This document shows, piece after piece, positions 18,564 through 28,860 of a stretch of 64,000 nt of DNA. The translations under genes were made by a program, and so were the position numbers. The stretch comes from Bacteroidales bacterium UBA1800 (GTDB lineage Bacteria > Bacteroidota > Bacteroidia > Bacteroidales > VadinHA17). Location of the stretch: contig DCFQ01000021.1 in assembly GCA_002319915.1 (NCBI GenBank), forward strand, positions 47,643-111,642, read 5' to 3'. The notes under the pieces were generated by a model. The model did not search any database and was not told the DNA's origin. It saw only the letters and a list, made by a program, of their open reading frames with translations. How positions within the stretch are numbered: position 1 is the stretch's first letter; every line of letters begins with the position of its first letter.

Positions 18564-18843
18564 AAAGTTTTAGAACATTAATTAAACAAATGGTTAACAA
18601 ATAGATTTATGAATAGTTTATTACCCTTGCAATTTTGTTTTTGTCCTATTCTGAAAACCAAATTTACCCCCAAATAAATTCCTGATCGGTTTTCAGGATT
18701 CAATATTTCCAAAAGCTAAGGCTAAATTAATAAATTATTCTTCACGCTTTCCGGTGCCTTGTTGAATTTTACCAAAACAGGAAAACCTTTGACGAAAGCC
18801 CCGGTTCTGTTACATGAACAGTGATCTGGGCGGGTTAAAAGGC

Positions 18844-19557
18844 TTATGCTTTATTGAACAAAATGAACATCAGGGCGGCAATTGCCGCACCTGCCAAAGG
18901 CCCCAGGACAGGTACCCATGAATAAGCCCAGTCGCTGTTGCGCTTCCCGGGGATAGGAAGAAAGAAGTGCATAATCCTCGGACCCAGGTCACGGGCGGGA
19001 TTGATTGCATACCCTGTTGGACCTCCCAGTGAAAGTCCTATACCAAGGACGACCAGGGCCACAGGCAGTGCATTAAGGGCGCCGAGCCCGACATCGGGCT
19101 TGGCCATGTACAGGACGGCAAGTGCGAGAACATATGTCCCGATTATCTCCGTAATGACATTGTACCAATAGCTCCTGATATTCGGGGCTGTACAGAACAC
19201 GCCGAGCTTTGCATCGGCATCATCTGTGGCATCAAAATGTTTCTTGTAAGCCAGCCACACAAGGAACGCGCCGAACATTGCCCCCAGCAGCTGTGCACTG
19301 ATATAGACCGGCATCAGCGAAACGGGGAATTTGTTTGCAATGACAAGTGCCAGTGTCACTGCCGGGTTAAGATGTGCCCCGCTGAAGGGTGCTGCGATCA
19401 GCACACCCGTGAATACCCCGACTGCCCACCCGAAGGTGACAACGATCCAGCCGCTGTTATTTCCCTTTGTCTTGTTCAAAAGGACATTTGAAACCACGCC
19501 ACCTCCAAAAACGATAATGATAGCGGTGCCAAAGAATTCTGCGAAAAACGGACTCAT
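18844..19557 (-). CDS. glpF: aquaglyceroporin (MIP family glycerol uptake facilitator)
   Basis: Two NPA boxes (SGAHLNPAVT, YAINPARDLGPR). It is adjacent to glpK. Confidence 0.9.
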   Translation of the reverse strand: MSPFFAEFFGTAIIIVFGGGVVSNVLLNKTKGNNSGWIVVTFGWAVGVFTGVLIAAPFSGAHLNPAVTLALVIANKFPVSLMPVYISAQLLGAMFGAFLVWLAYKKHFDATDDADAKLGVFCTAPNIRSYWYNVITEIIGTYVLALAVLYMAKPDVGLGALNALPVALVVLGIGLSLGGPTGYAINPARDLGPRIMHFFLPIPGKRNSDWAYSWVPVLGPLAGAAIAALMFILFNKA

Positions 19558-19610
19558 GTTTGCTTAGTTTATAGGATATTCAGTTTCTAATAGATGTTGT
19601 TTCTTATAGT

Positions 19611-19650
19611 TGCTGGCAGGCGTATGGCGTCAGGCATCAGGTATCAGGAA
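19611..19650. repeat. solo heptad-periodic intergenic arm (CAGG every 7 nt)
   Basis: tggcagg cgtatgg cgtcagg catcagg tatcagg, located between glpK and glpF. Confidence 0.6.
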
Positions 19651-19674
19651 GAAAATGTTAATTAATTAACAACC

Positions 19675-21171
19675 TCAGTCTCCTCCCGAAGCCCAGACCT
19701 CAACACTGCGGATCGCACGATCCCATCCCCTGATATAGCTTTTCCTTGTGTCATCCGGCATCTTTGGATTGAATATCCGGTCGATCTGCCACTGCTTCCT
19801 AATCTCCTCGGTGCCATTCCAGTATTTCACGGCGATCCCGGCAAGATATGCTGCCCCGAGGGCGGTCGTTTCGGTAATCTTTGGCCGTACCACATTGGCA
19901 TTGAGGAGGTCGGACTGGAACTGCATCAGGCTGTTATTTACAGTTGCCCCTCCGTCAACGCGCAGCTCCTTTATTTCTATCCCCGAGTCCTTCTCCATTG
20001 CCTTCAGCACCTCGAGTGTCTGGAAGGCGATGCTGTCGAGGGCTGCCCTGGCTATATGGGAAGCCGTGGTCCCCCTGGTGAGGCCGACAATTGTGCCCCT
20101 TGCATGCTGGTTCCAGTGCGGCGCACCTAACCCTGCAAATGCCGGTACGAAGTAGACTCCCTCGCTGTCCTTTACTTTTGAGGCAAGTGCCTCGACATCA
20201 GCAGAACCCGCGATAACTCCCAGGCCGTCCCTGAGCCACTGGACTACCGCCCCGGCAATAAAAATACTGCCTTCAAGAGCATACCGTGTTTCATTGCCGA
20301 TACGCCAGCCTACGGTTGTGAGGAGATTGCTCCGGGACCTGATAGGCTTGTCGCCGATATTCATCATCATGAAACAGCCGGTGCCATACGTATTCTTGAC
20401 CATTCCCGGCTCGGTGCACATCTGCCCGAAAAGTGCAGCCTGCTGGTCCCCTGCAATTCCCGATATCGGGATGTCGGTGGCAAACTGTCCTACCGTACTC
20501 CCGTAAATGTCGCTCGATGACCTTACCAATGGGAGCATTGCAGCCGGGATCTTGAATATATCCAGCAGCTCTTCATCCCATTTAAGGGTATTTATATTGA
20601 ACAGCATCGTTCTCGATGCATTGGAGACATCCGTTATATGAAGCTCCCCGTTCGTCAGGTTCCAGATAAGCCATGAATCGACGGTCCCGAAAGCAAGCTG
20701 CCCTTTCTCCGCAAGCTTCCTTGCGTATTTGACGTTGTCGAGGATCCAGCGGATCTTTGTTGCCGAAAAATATGCGTCAATTATCAGCCCTGTTTTTTCC
20801 CGGATCTTGTCAGCCAGGCCATCGGCCTTCAGCCTGTCGCAGAATTCCGCCGTCCGCCTGTCCTGCCACACGATCGCGTTGCAAATCGGTTTGCCGGTGA
20901 TCCTGTCCCACACCACGGTTGTCTCCCTCTGGTTGGTGATCCCGATTGCAGTGATATCCGAGCTGCTCAGCCCTGCCTTTGCAATCGCCTCGGAGGCAAC
21001 TGCCGACTGGGTCGACCAGATCTCTTCAGCATTGTGCTCGACCCATCCCGGCTGGGGATAGATCTGGGTGAACTCCCGCTGGGAGGATGAGAATGGCAGA
21101 CCATCACGGTTAAAAACGATTGCGCGTGAACTTGTGGTTCCCTGGTCGAGGGCAAGGATAAAATCTTTCAT
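19675..21171 (-). CDS. glpK: glycerol kinase
   Basis: 498 aa. The N-terminus [16 protein letters not shown] and the FGGY-family layout are unmistakable. Confidence 0.95.
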   Translation of the reverse strand: MKDFILALDQGTTSSRAIVFNRDGLPFSSSQREFTQIYPQPGWVEHNAEEIWSTQSAVASEAIAKAGLSSSDITAIGITNQRETTVVWDRITGKPICNAIVWQDRRTAEFCDRLKADGLADKIREKTGLIIDAYFSATKIRWILDNVKYARKLAEKGQLAFGTVDSWLIWNLTNGELHITDVSNASRTMLFNINTLKWDEELLDIFKIPAAMLPLVRSSSDIYGSTVGQFATDIPISGIAGDQQAALFGQMCTEPGMVKNTYGTGCFMMMNIGDKPIRSRSNLLTTVGWRIGNETRYALEGSIFIAGAVVQWLRDGLGVIAGSADVEALASKVKDSEGVYFVPAFAGLGAPHWNQHARGTIVGLTRGTTASHIARAALDSIAFQTLEVLKAMEKDSGIEIKELRVDGGATVNNSLMQFQSDLLNANVVRPKITETTALGAAYLAGIAVKYWNGTEEIRKQWQIDRIFNPKMPDDTRKSYIRGWDRAIRSVEVWASGGD

Positions 21172-21192
21172 ATTCTGTTATATTGAATTTTG

Positions 21193-22752
21193 TTACAGGT
21201 ATTTTTCAGCCAGAAGTGTGTAATCCCGCACCTGCTGTTCCTCCCAGCCGTTCCCGTACCCGAGCTCTTTCGCCATGATTTTTGCAACAATAGGGGCCAT
21301 TGCGATACTGCTCCCCGCATTCAGGAAGAGCGCCCTGGTCCTTCTCGAGAGCACGTCCTCCACTGTCAGCGGCATTTCATTGCGGCATATACAGACGATC
21401 TCCGCCCTGGTATAGGGAAGGTTCGGAACGAGTTGTTCCCCAAGCCCGTGATCGCCGCTTATCAATTTTTCGATCTCCGCAGCCCCTGACCCGTAAATCC
21501 TGAGCCTCATATCCTTCAGCCCTGGATCGGCAGAGCCAAGCTTCAATTCGCTGGTCACGCATCCCTTCTTCTCAAGCACTCCTGCCCTGATTGCCCTGTC
21601 GATCGTTTCTTCAGCCATGCGCCTGTAAGAGGTCCATTTACCGCCGATTATAGATAGCAGCCCCGAACGGGAAAGGGTTATTTTATGCCTTCGTGAGACT
21701 TCTTTTGTGGCCCCGGGGTTGTCAGGATTTGCTGCAAGGGGCCTCAATCCGGCGAATATGCTGAGGACATCTTCCCTTTCAGGGGGTCTTGTAAGATACT
21801 TTGCAGCAGTCCTCAGGATGAAGTCAATCTCTTCATCGAGGGCCCTTGGCTCAAGGGAAACCTCATCCACGGGAGTGTCGGTAGTCCCGACAACAACCTC
21901 TCCGTACCAGGGTATGGCAAACAGGACACGGCCGTCCTCTGTCTTCGGGATCATGATCGCTGATCCGCTGTCGAGGAACGACCTGTCAATCACGATATGG
22001 ACGCCCTGGCTGGGACGTATAGTCGGTCTTGATCCGGGATCATCCATCCTGTGGATCTCATCTGCAAAGACGCCCGTGGCATTAATCACGATCCGTGACT
22101 TCAGGTCGTAATCAGAATCCGCTATCAGATCGTGAACTTTCACCCCGGTTATCCTGCCATTCCCATCCTTCAGAAAACCGTATGCCCTGAAATAGTTCAA
22201 TACGATTCCACCTTGAGCTATGCAAGCCTCCGCAAGCGCCATTGCCATCCTCGAATCGTCAAACTGCCCGTCGTGGTAAACAATTCCGCCTTTCAATCCC
22301 TTCGTTTTCAGGTGGGGCAGCCTTTCGGCAGTTTTACCCCGGCTAAGGAAATAAGATCGTCCCAGGGAGAGCCTTCCCGCCAGCAGGTCATAGAATTTGA
22401 GTCCCACAGTATAAAGGATCACGTCCCATATGGTGTAAACAGGGATCACAAATTCCTGGTTTGCCGTCAGATGTGGAGCATTCCTGAGGATCAGGCCGCG
22501 TTCGTGGAGGGCCTCTTTAACAAGCAATATATCTCCCTGCGCCAGGTACCTGACTCCGCCATGGACCAGCTTTGTGCTTCTTGAAGAGGTTCCCTTGGCA
22601 AAATCAGACTGCTCGAAAAGGAGTGTCTTGTATCCCCTTGTAACCGAATCGAGTGCCACACCGAGACCGGTGGCGCCCCCGCCGATCACAATAACATCCC
22701 ACTGGTTGTTCAGGTTTTTCCGGAGGGTCTGGATCAGGTCATTCCGGTTCAT
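21193..22752 (-). CDS. glpD: FAD-dependent glycerol-3-phosphate dehydrogenase
   Basis: DVIVIGGGATGLGVALD dinucleotide fold and GlpD/GlpA-like length and order. The start is set at the internal MNRNDL (22752), because the ORF-track start adds 21 unlikely residues. Confidence 0.9.
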   Translation of the reverse strand: MNRNDLIQTLRKNLNNQWDVIVIGGGATGLGVALDSVTRGYKTLLFEQSDFAKGTSSRSTKLVHGGVRYLAQGDILLVKEALHERGLILRNAPHLTANQEFVIPVYTIWDVILYTVGLKFYDLLAGRLSLGRSYFLSRGKTAERLPHLKTKGLKGGIVYHDGQFDDSRMAMALAEACIAQGGIVLNYFRAYGFLKDGNGRITGVKVHDLIADSDYDLKSRIVINATGVFADEIHRMDDPGSRPTIRPSQGVHIVIDRSFLDSGSAIMIPKTEDGRVLFAIPWYGEVVVGTTDTPVDEVSLEPRALDEEIDFILRTAAKYLTRPPEREDVLSIFAGLRPLAANPDNPGATKEVSRRHKITLSRSGLLSIIGGKWTSYRRMAEETIDRAIRAGVLEKKGCVTSELKLGSADPGLKDMRLRIYGSGAAEIEKLISGDHGLGEQLVPNLPYTRAEIVCICRNEMPLTVEDVLSRRTRALFLNAGSSIAMAPIVAKIMAKELGYGNGWEEQQVRDYTLLAEKYL

Positions 22753-22989
22753 AAAAAATATCCGGCTTATTATCGTGTAATAATGATACGAAGAAAATTT
22801 CAGAGAATAATACAAGAGTCCGTAAAAGTTTCTTTGTAATTCAATTAAAACCCGGTTTCATGCTTATTCATTATTAGATAATCATTCTCCACTGATAATC
22901 ATTCTCTTCTGATAACCAGAACTTTTTATCCGTGATTATTATAAGAACCTCCCGGTTTTTTTAACTTTATACCAATTAATGATCTGACC

Positions 22990-23571
22990 ATGAAAAAAAT
23001 CTGTCTCGCTGCATGCACCATTCTCATTTCCTTTTTTCACTCATTCGCCCAGGATAAATCAACTGCACTATTGCTGATCGATATACAGAATTTTTACTTC
23101 CCGGGTGGGAAATCTGAACTGGTCCAGCCTGGGATGGCTGCTGGAAATGCCGCAAAATTGCTTGCCTGGTTCAGGAATAACCAACTGACAGTGATACATG
23201 TCCGTCACAATGCGGAACCGGGCGGTGAAATTAATGATGCCGTTAAACCCCTTCCGGACGAAAAGGTAATCTCCAAGGATGCGGTAAACTGCTTTATCGG
23301 AACTGACCTCCTGGAATATCTGAAAGCTTCAAAAATCAGTACTCTGGTTATCTGTGGAATGCAGACACACATGTGTGTTGAAGCCGCAACAAGGGCAGCG
23401 AGCGATCTCGGCTTCAAGTGTATCCTGATCCGGGATGCGTGCACGACAAAGGATCTGAAATTCGGGGATAAGCTCATTAGGGCAGAAGATGTCCACAATT
23501 CAACTCTCAGCACTTTAAAAAGTTACGCCACCATTCAAACTACCGGGGAGTTGCTGGAACACAAACAATAA
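22990..23571 (+). CDS. secreted cysteine hydrolase (isochorismatase family)
   Basis: 193 aa with a signal peptide. Motifs are ALLLIDIQNFYF and LVICGMQTHMCVEAATRAA (catalytic Cys context). Confidence 0.8.
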   Translation: MKKICLAACTILISFFHSFAQDKSTALLLIDIQNFYFPGGKSELVQPGMAAGNAAKLLAWFRNNQLTVIHVRHNAEPGGEINDAVKPLPDEKVISKDAVNCFIGTDLLEYLKASKISTLVICGMQTHMCVEAATRAASDLGFKCILIRDACTTKDLKFGDKLIRAEDVHNSTLSTLKSYATIQTTGELLEHKQ

Positions 23572-23665
23572 CCCGGGCGGCCAGTTGTCGCCGCATAAAT
23601 AGGTCCCAGCGCAGGTCAGCAACCCGTCTGCCCCGACACTGAAGGTGAAAATAACACGGAGCCGC
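23572..23665 (-). pseudogene. relic fragment of a lactonase (beta-propeller) paralog
   Basis: The minus strand reads PRLRVIFTFSVGADGLLTCAGTYLCGDNWPPG, against TIVTFSVGADGLLTYAGTNSCGGNWPRN in the intact gene (DNA 26,775-26,860). Roughly three-quarters of bases match by eye. It is truncated on both sides and has an upstream in-frame stop. Confidence 0.75.
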
Positions 23666-23686
23666 GGTAGTCGCTATCGGGAATGA

Positions 23687-24949
23687 TCAAAACTTATATC
23701 CAAAAATCAGGAAATGTCTTAGCGTGGGCGATGTTAAGCCCGGAGAATTAGCCATTCCGTCTGCTCTTTCAATTCGGAATTCAGCAGAGAAGTTCTTTAA
23801 TCCCAAACCCAACCCGACAATAAATCCTCTTTCCCAGCTCCTTGGGGAACGAACTGCCGGATACTCTGAAATATTAGTTACCGAGTATACGTGATCCTCA
23901 ACTTTCATATAATTGACCTTTGCGACAGAAATACCGTTTGACATCCCCCCGTCTGCAAACAGATAAATGCCTTTAATGGGATATTTATACTTTACAAGAG
24001 TATTTAACTTGACATACGAAAAGCCAATTGAACTATATTTAGTGATAAACATATTGATATCATAATCATCTCTGTACAGGGCTCTGGTTCTGTAAGAAAT
24101 GAAGGCCAGTTCGCATTGGAAGGATAATCTGTCCCGTGTTCTTGGAAAAACAACATTGGAGAAACCTCCGAATGTAAAATTATATGATGATGGGAAATCA
24201 ACGGATGAGAGGGGCACGAAATAGTCAACCCCGGTAAATCTTAGTTTTGTCTGGGACATGCCTGCCAACAACCCGAATTCCCAAATAAAACCTTCTTTTT
24301 TGGGTTGATATGAAATTTCCTTATCTGTATCCTTATAGTATTCGTTGAAAAGTCCTGTCAAATCCTTTATCCCGTATTTTGTCAAGTATATCTTCTTCTG
24401 AATAAGGGGATAATCCTGAAGATACACGATCAATTGGCCTTTATACTGTTCGCTTGTTTTTACAAACATTGCGCCATCCACATTCTGCAGGTATTTTTTA
24501 AAAACAAGTGTTACAAAGGCCCCGTCTTGATTAATAAAAAAGTGCTCTTTCCGGTTCCTGTCCTTAAGGTAGTAAAGGCTTTTCGGCCCTTTGATCAGAA
24601 CCCGCAAGAAAACAATATCCGTCCTGTTCTGGGGCTCAGCCGATTCAATCAACTCGGTTTCCCTGAACGGGCTTTCATCAACTGTAACGGTACCGCTTAC
24701 ATAATCTTCCCCGTCAACACTAAATCCTTTTAAAGTGGCCGGGGTATAGTCAGTCCTCAGGCCGGCAGCGGATTTAAAAGCTATTTTGTCGGGAGTTTTG
24801 TCCCAGTTTCTGTAGTCAATAAACCCATTTATTGTATCCTCCTGAATATCTATTACATAACCCGTTTTAAAATTTGACTGTGAATAGGACCGATCCGGAT
24901 ATAAAAGGATAATAATAAAAATACCTGTTAAGAAATTAATACTTTTCAT
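23687..24949 (-). CDS. hypothetical secreted protein, C-terminal half beta-barrel-like (paralog A)
   Basis: 420 aa with a signal peptide. It is AT-rich. The N-terminal motif SNFKTGYVIDIQEDTINGFIDY is shared with the neighbouring gene. It ends FGYKF. Confidence 0.55.
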   Translation of the reverse strand: MKSINFLTGIFIIILLYPDRSYSQSNFKTGYVIDIQEDTINGFIDYRNWDKTPDKIAFKSAAGLRTDYTPATLKGFSVDGEDYVSGTVTVDESPFRETELIESAEPQNRTDIVFLRVLIKGPKSLYYLKDRNRKEHFFINQDGAFVTLVFKKYLQNVDGAMFVKTSEQYKGQLIVYLQDYPLIQKKIYLTKYGIKDLTGLFNEYYKDTDKEISYQPKKEGFIWEFGLLAGMSQTKLRFTGVDYFVPLSSVDFPSSYNFTFGGFSNVVFPRTRDRLSFQCELAFISYRTRALYRDDYDINMFITKYSSIGFSYVKLNTLVKYKYPIKGIYLFADGGMSNGISVAKVNYMKVEDHVYSVTNISEYPAVRSPRSWERGFIVGLGLGLKNFSAEFRIERADGMANSPGLTSPTLRHFLIFGYKF

Positions 24950-24962
24950 CTTTGTCTATGCT

Positions 24963-26129
24963 TTAATTAATATTGAACCCGGCACCAAAACTCAGAACTT
25001 CAGTAAAAATCGTAGTGGGATTGTATTCCATTTTGTTTCTAAGGAACAGATAATGATTCTTATTCAGGTTATATTTTAATCCAAGGTCTGCGGAAAGGCA
25101 AAAATCATATATTTTATAACCATACTGGTAAACATCGATGCGCACATCTGATAGAAAATCAGTAATTTGCCAATAGCTTTTCGGATAAAACTGGGAATTG
25201 TAACTTAAAGCGAGGTAAGGCTGAAATCTCTTTCCCGGGAAAGTGTATTCCGCACCAAAGGGAATTTGAATGGTATTTACAAATGATTCAAATCTGGTTA
25301 CCGCATTTTGGGTCAGGAGCTCAGGGGGAAAATCGTGATGAAAATACTGTTGGTAATAGGCTATCCCTGTGTAAAAGCTCCATACGGAATGAATTCTGAA
25401 GGGAAGGAACCTGACATTAACCGCATAATACCGGCCTGAAGCCCTAAGTGTGGATTCTCTTACATCCCTGTCCCATGAATTGTAATAACCGATGTATGGC
25501 TCCAGTACAATTTTTATTTTTGTTGAATGTGTGAAATCAATACAATCCTGCGATTTACATACATTGTTATGATATTCTTTTGAAATTCTGATTAAGGGTT
25601 CATAGCCGAAGCTTACCTTTTCCACATCTTTTAATGTCTCCGGACTATCCTTAAAGAGCGTCTTAAGCATTCCCACATAACTGTTCGATCTTTGCTCAAA
25701 GACTTTATCGTTCAGGGTTACCTGGATTTGGTTATTTGTTAAGGGATATAGGACACCGTCTCTATAAATAAAATAATATTCATCGCCAGAATCTATATAA
25801 TAAAAAAGGTCCACTATACCCTTGATAAGGTATTCAAGGAAAACGGATCTCTTTGCGCCGTTGATTTCAATCTGACGCGAAACGTAGAATTTGTAATTTT
25901 CTATACGGTAACCATAAATATCTCCAGGGAGGAAAAGTTTCCGTTCATCACTCTTATCTCCCTTGAATTCACATGATTTGCTGTTCCTGACATTCGATTT
26001 AAGGTTAATAGCACCATGAATTGTATCAAGATTATTTGTGACTATATAACCAGGACGGAAATCGTTCTGACCAAAACATTCTGCTGATATTAAAACAATC
26101 AGAGTGGGAAAAAATAAGAACGATTTCAT
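24963..26129 (-). CDS. hypothetical secreted protein, barrel-like (paralog B)
   Basis: 388 aa with a signal peptide. NDFRPGYIVTNNLDTIHGAINL parallels paralog A. It is AT-rich. Confidence 0.55.
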   Translation of the reverse strand: MKSFLFFPTLIVLISAECFGQNDFRPGYIVTNNLDTIHGAINLKSNVRNSKSCEFKGDKSDERKLFLPGDIYGYRIENYKFYVSRQIEINGAKRSVFLEYLIKGIVDLFYYIDSGDEYYFIYRDGVLYPLTNNQIQVTLNDKVFEQRSNSYVGMLKTLFKDSPETLKDVEKVSFGYEPLIRISKEYHNNVCKSQDCIDFTHSTKIKIVLEPYIGYYNSWDRDVRESTLRASGRYYAVNVRFLPFRIHSVWSFYTGIAYYQQYFHHDFPPELLTQNAVTRFESFVNTIQIPFGAEYTFPGKRFQPYLALSYNSQFYPKSYWQITDFLSDVRIDVYQYGYKIYDFCLSADLGLKYNLNKNHYLFLRNKMEYNPTTIFTEVLSFGAGFNIN

Positions 26130-26434
26130 GATTCGGACTTATAAATGGTCGTCAGATAGAAGATATATTGATGAAAAAAACGAGTCATAATCTTATTCAA
26201 TTTTGGGCAGGCAGTAGTCAGGCCACGATTCCTTTCTTAAGATAGAATTCAAATATGCAGTCTCTTAAGGATGTTTACTATGGTTGCCGGTTAAATTATA
26301 ACTCCCATTTTCAGCAATTAGTATCATTTGACAGGTGTTTTCCACCAATGTTATACTTACCTCTGCGACGTCATTAACCTCTCATATTCCCAGAGAAGGT
26401 GGATAATCAGTACAGTATTGGAGGAAAGAAATTT

Positions 26435-26522
26435 TTAACCGCAAAGGACACCAGGATGGCTCAAAGTACGCCAGGGCTGAATGCTGTTTTTACATCCTTG
26501 CGGGCTTTGCGTAATTCCGGTT
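26435..26522. repeat. intergenic imperfect-palindrome element (TTAACCGCAAAG type)
   Basis: ttaaccgcaaaggacacc ... ccttgcgggctttgcgtaattccggtt. The arms are of the same family as 27754 and 30488. Confidence 0.6.
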
Positions 26523-26610
26523 GCTCCCGGAAGTCTGACGGACGGCACTTTGTTTCTTGTTACTTCGAGATTTCTGTGATTGCTGCGATCCTTCCGGAAA
26601 AGGGTAAGGA

Positions 26611-27732
26611 TCACTTCGATTTATAAATCTTCAGGCAGACAGGCTTCCGTGAAATAGTGCTTGATACGAGAGTCGAAGGAAGGCCGGTTTTTTCATCGAT
26701 CCTGAAGACAGCAATATTGTCAGACCGCTCATTCCCGACGAGCAGAAACCTTCCGGCCGGATCGATTGTGAAATTCCTCGGCCAGTTGCCACCGCATGAA
26801 TTGGTTCCTGCATAGGTCAGCAACCCGTCCGCTCCGACGCTGAAGGTGACGATAGTATTCTCCCCCCTGTTCGAACCGTAAAGGAATTTCCCGTCTTTTC
26901 CGAAATGAATGTCGGCACAGGCATTTTCCCCCTTGTATTCCGGCTTCAGCGTGGAAACCGTCTGCAAAAGATCCAGCCCGCCGTCACCCTTAACATTAAA
27001 GACCATTATTGTCGATCCGAGCTCGTTTATAAGATATAACTTCGATCCGTCAGCATTAAAGGTAAAATGCCTGGGCCCTGATCCATCGGCTACCCTGGTA
27101 ATGGCTGCGGACGGCTTTAATAGACTGCCGGTTGAACTGTCGAAATCATATGACGTTACGGTGTTGAGCCCCAGATCGGAAACATACACTTTCCCCCCGG
27201 CAGGATCGCTTAGGATCATATGGGCATGTGATGATTCGGGATTTACCCTGTCGTACAGGATAGTATCGGTTATCGCTCGCGCTACGCCATCCTTGTCCAG
27301 ACCGGCAACGGCAACTGAACCGGTGGGATAATTCGCCACGAGGAGGTGGCTGCTGTCGTGCGATATTGAAACAAAGCATGGCCCGCCGAAGGGGATGCTC
27401 ATTTCCGAGAGCTTCTCCAGGTTGTCACCCGTTTCCTTTATTGTTGTCAGGCCGCCGCCTGGGGCGCCCCTGAATTCCATCACTTCATCAATGACATAAA
27501 ACACTCTTTGCTCCGGGGAAAAGCAGAAATATGAAGGATTGGGGCCGGCATCGACCTGTGATACCGGTTTCAGGGAGCCGTCTTTTGGATTGAAGGTAAA
27601 TGACGAGAATCCTTTATCTCCCTCTTTGTCGGTATAGCCTCCGACATAGAGACGATAATTGCCAGTTCCGCAAGAAGGAAAAACCAGAACAAGAAATATC
27701 AGGATCACAGTTAATTGTATGAGCTTTTTCAT
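26611..27732 (-). CDS. lactonase, 7-bladed beta-propeller (6-phosphogluconolactonase-like), lipoprotein
   Basis: 373 aa with lipobox VFPSCGTG. It has repeated blade motifs (GPNPSYFCFSP, HAHMILSDPAGGKVYVSDLG, GSGPRHFTFNADGSKLYLINE). Confidence 0.8.
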   Translation of the reverse strand: MKKLIQLTVILIFLVLVFPSCGTGNYRLYVGGYTDKEGDKGFSSFTFNPKDGSLKPVSQVDAGPNPSYFCFSPEQRVFYVIDEVMEFRGAPGGGLTTIKETGDNLEKLSEMSIPFGGPCFVSISHDSSHLLVANYPTGSVAVAGLDKDGVARAITDTILYDRVNPESSHAHMILSDPAGGKVYVSDLGLNTVTSYDFDSSTGSLLKPSAAITRVADGSGPRHFTFNADGSKLYLINELGSTIMVFNVKGDGGLDLLQTVSTLKPEYKGENACADIHFGKDGKFLYGSNRGENTIVTFSVGADGLLTYAGTNSCGGNWPRNFTIDPAGRFLLVGNERSDNIAVFRIDEKTGLPSTLVSSTISRKPVCLKIYKSK

Positions 27733-27753
27733 ACTGAGTTTTTTTTAAATCCA

Positions 27754-27869
27754 TTAACCGCAAAGGACGCAAAGTCCCTTAATCCCTTGTAGCAGACGCA
27801 AATCTCCATTTTGGGGATAGGAGCCAGACTTTGCGGTCTTTGCGCAAATTTTGGGGTCTTTGCGGTTAA
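27754..27869. repeat. intergenic hairpin element with TTAACCGCAAAG terminal inverted repeats
   Basis: Left end ttaaccgcaaaggacgcaaagtc; right end gactttgcggtctttgcg...tctttgcggttaa. It fills the gap between the lactonase start and the TIM-barrel gene stop. Confidence 0.75.
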
Positions 27870-27887
27870 AAAGAAATGTTTTTTAAC

Positions 27888-28835
27888 TTACAATTCAAAA
27901 TCATCACACTCCCTGTATGCCTGAATGACCCTTGCTTCGGCCTCTTTTGTGTTGCCTCCGCTTACGCCATGCTCCATGCATATCACGCCGTCATACTTCA
28001 GGTCATAGATAAACTTGAAGACATTTTTGTAATTGATCTCGCCGGTGGTAGGCTCGTCGCGCCCGGGATTATCCCCGCAGTGAAAGGCTGCGATCTCGCT
28101 CCAGGCTGCCTCGATATTCGGTATCAGGTTCCCTTCGGTGATCTGCTGATGATAAATGTCCTCAACGATCTTGCACGACGGCCTGTTTACAGCCCTGCAA
28201 ATCGAATATGCCTGCGGGATCCCGTTCAGGAAGAGCCCGGGATGATCGTGCAGTGTATTCAATGGTTCCAGGACGATGGTCATCCCACCCGCCTCTGCAA
28301 TGTCGCAGCAATACCTGAGGTTGTCTATCACATTTGCTGTCTGGAAGTCACGGTGGAGGTTCTCATCATATCTCCCTGGGACCATAAGAGCGAGCTTTGC
28401 CCCGGTCCTTTTGCACACCTCTACTCCCTCGTTTACCTTCTTGATCAGCATCTCGCGAACCTCGGGCTTGTTGAGCACAAATGATGTGACACCGAAATCG
28501 GCATACAGCACGAACGGTCCGAAATCCATTCCGAGGTTCCTGAGCCCGTCAGTAAGCTTTACCTGGTCGGCTGCCGGCCTGTTCATCAGCCCGTTGTCGA
28601 ACATGGCCCTGAAGCCCATGTCGTGGCAGAATTTTATATTATCGAGGATGTTATTCCCTGCATGGTTATGGAACATGCCGAATCCCGGTGCATATTTCAG
28701 CTTGAACGGCGTCGCGGCATCTTTTTCTTTGAGCGGCGCTGCAGATGCCCGCTGCCCGAAAAAAGCAGGAGCCGCCATTACGGCTGCTCCTGCTGCTGAT
28801 GCCTTTTTTATGAAATTCCTTCTGGAAGTCATCAT
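27888..28835 (-). CDS. xylose-isomerase-like TIM-barrel protein (sugar phosphate isomerase/epimerase family) with TAT signal
   Basis: TAT leader SRRNFIKKASAAGAAVMAAP. The TIM-barrel AP-endonuclease-2-type pattern is present (LEPLN, HCGDNPGR). The start is set at MMTSRRNF (28835), downstream of the upstream gene's stop. Confidence 0.8.
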   Translation of the reverse strand: MMTSRRNFIKKASAAGAAVMAAPAFFGQRASAAPLKEKDAATPFKLKYAPGFGMFHNHAGNNILDNIKFCHDMGFRAMFDNGLMNRPAADQVKLTDGLRNLGMDFGPFVLYADFGVTSFVLNKPEVREMLIKKVNEGVEVCKRTGAKLALMVPGRYDENLHRDFQTANVIDNLRYCCDIAEAGGMTIVLEPLNTLHDHPGLFLNGIPQAYSICRAVNRPSCKIVEDIYHQQITEGNLIPNIEAAWSEIAAFHCGDNPGRDEPTTGEINYKNVFKFIYDLKYDGVICMEHGVSGGNTKEAEARVIQAYRECDDFEL

Positions 28836-28860
28836 AAAGCTATCCTTTAATATTATGGTT

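Noticed and set aside
26399-26626. 75-aa plus-strand ORF upstream of the lactonase gene end
   Set aside because: It runs through the TTAACCGCAAAG-type repeat element and overlaps the lactonase stop region. It has no motif support.
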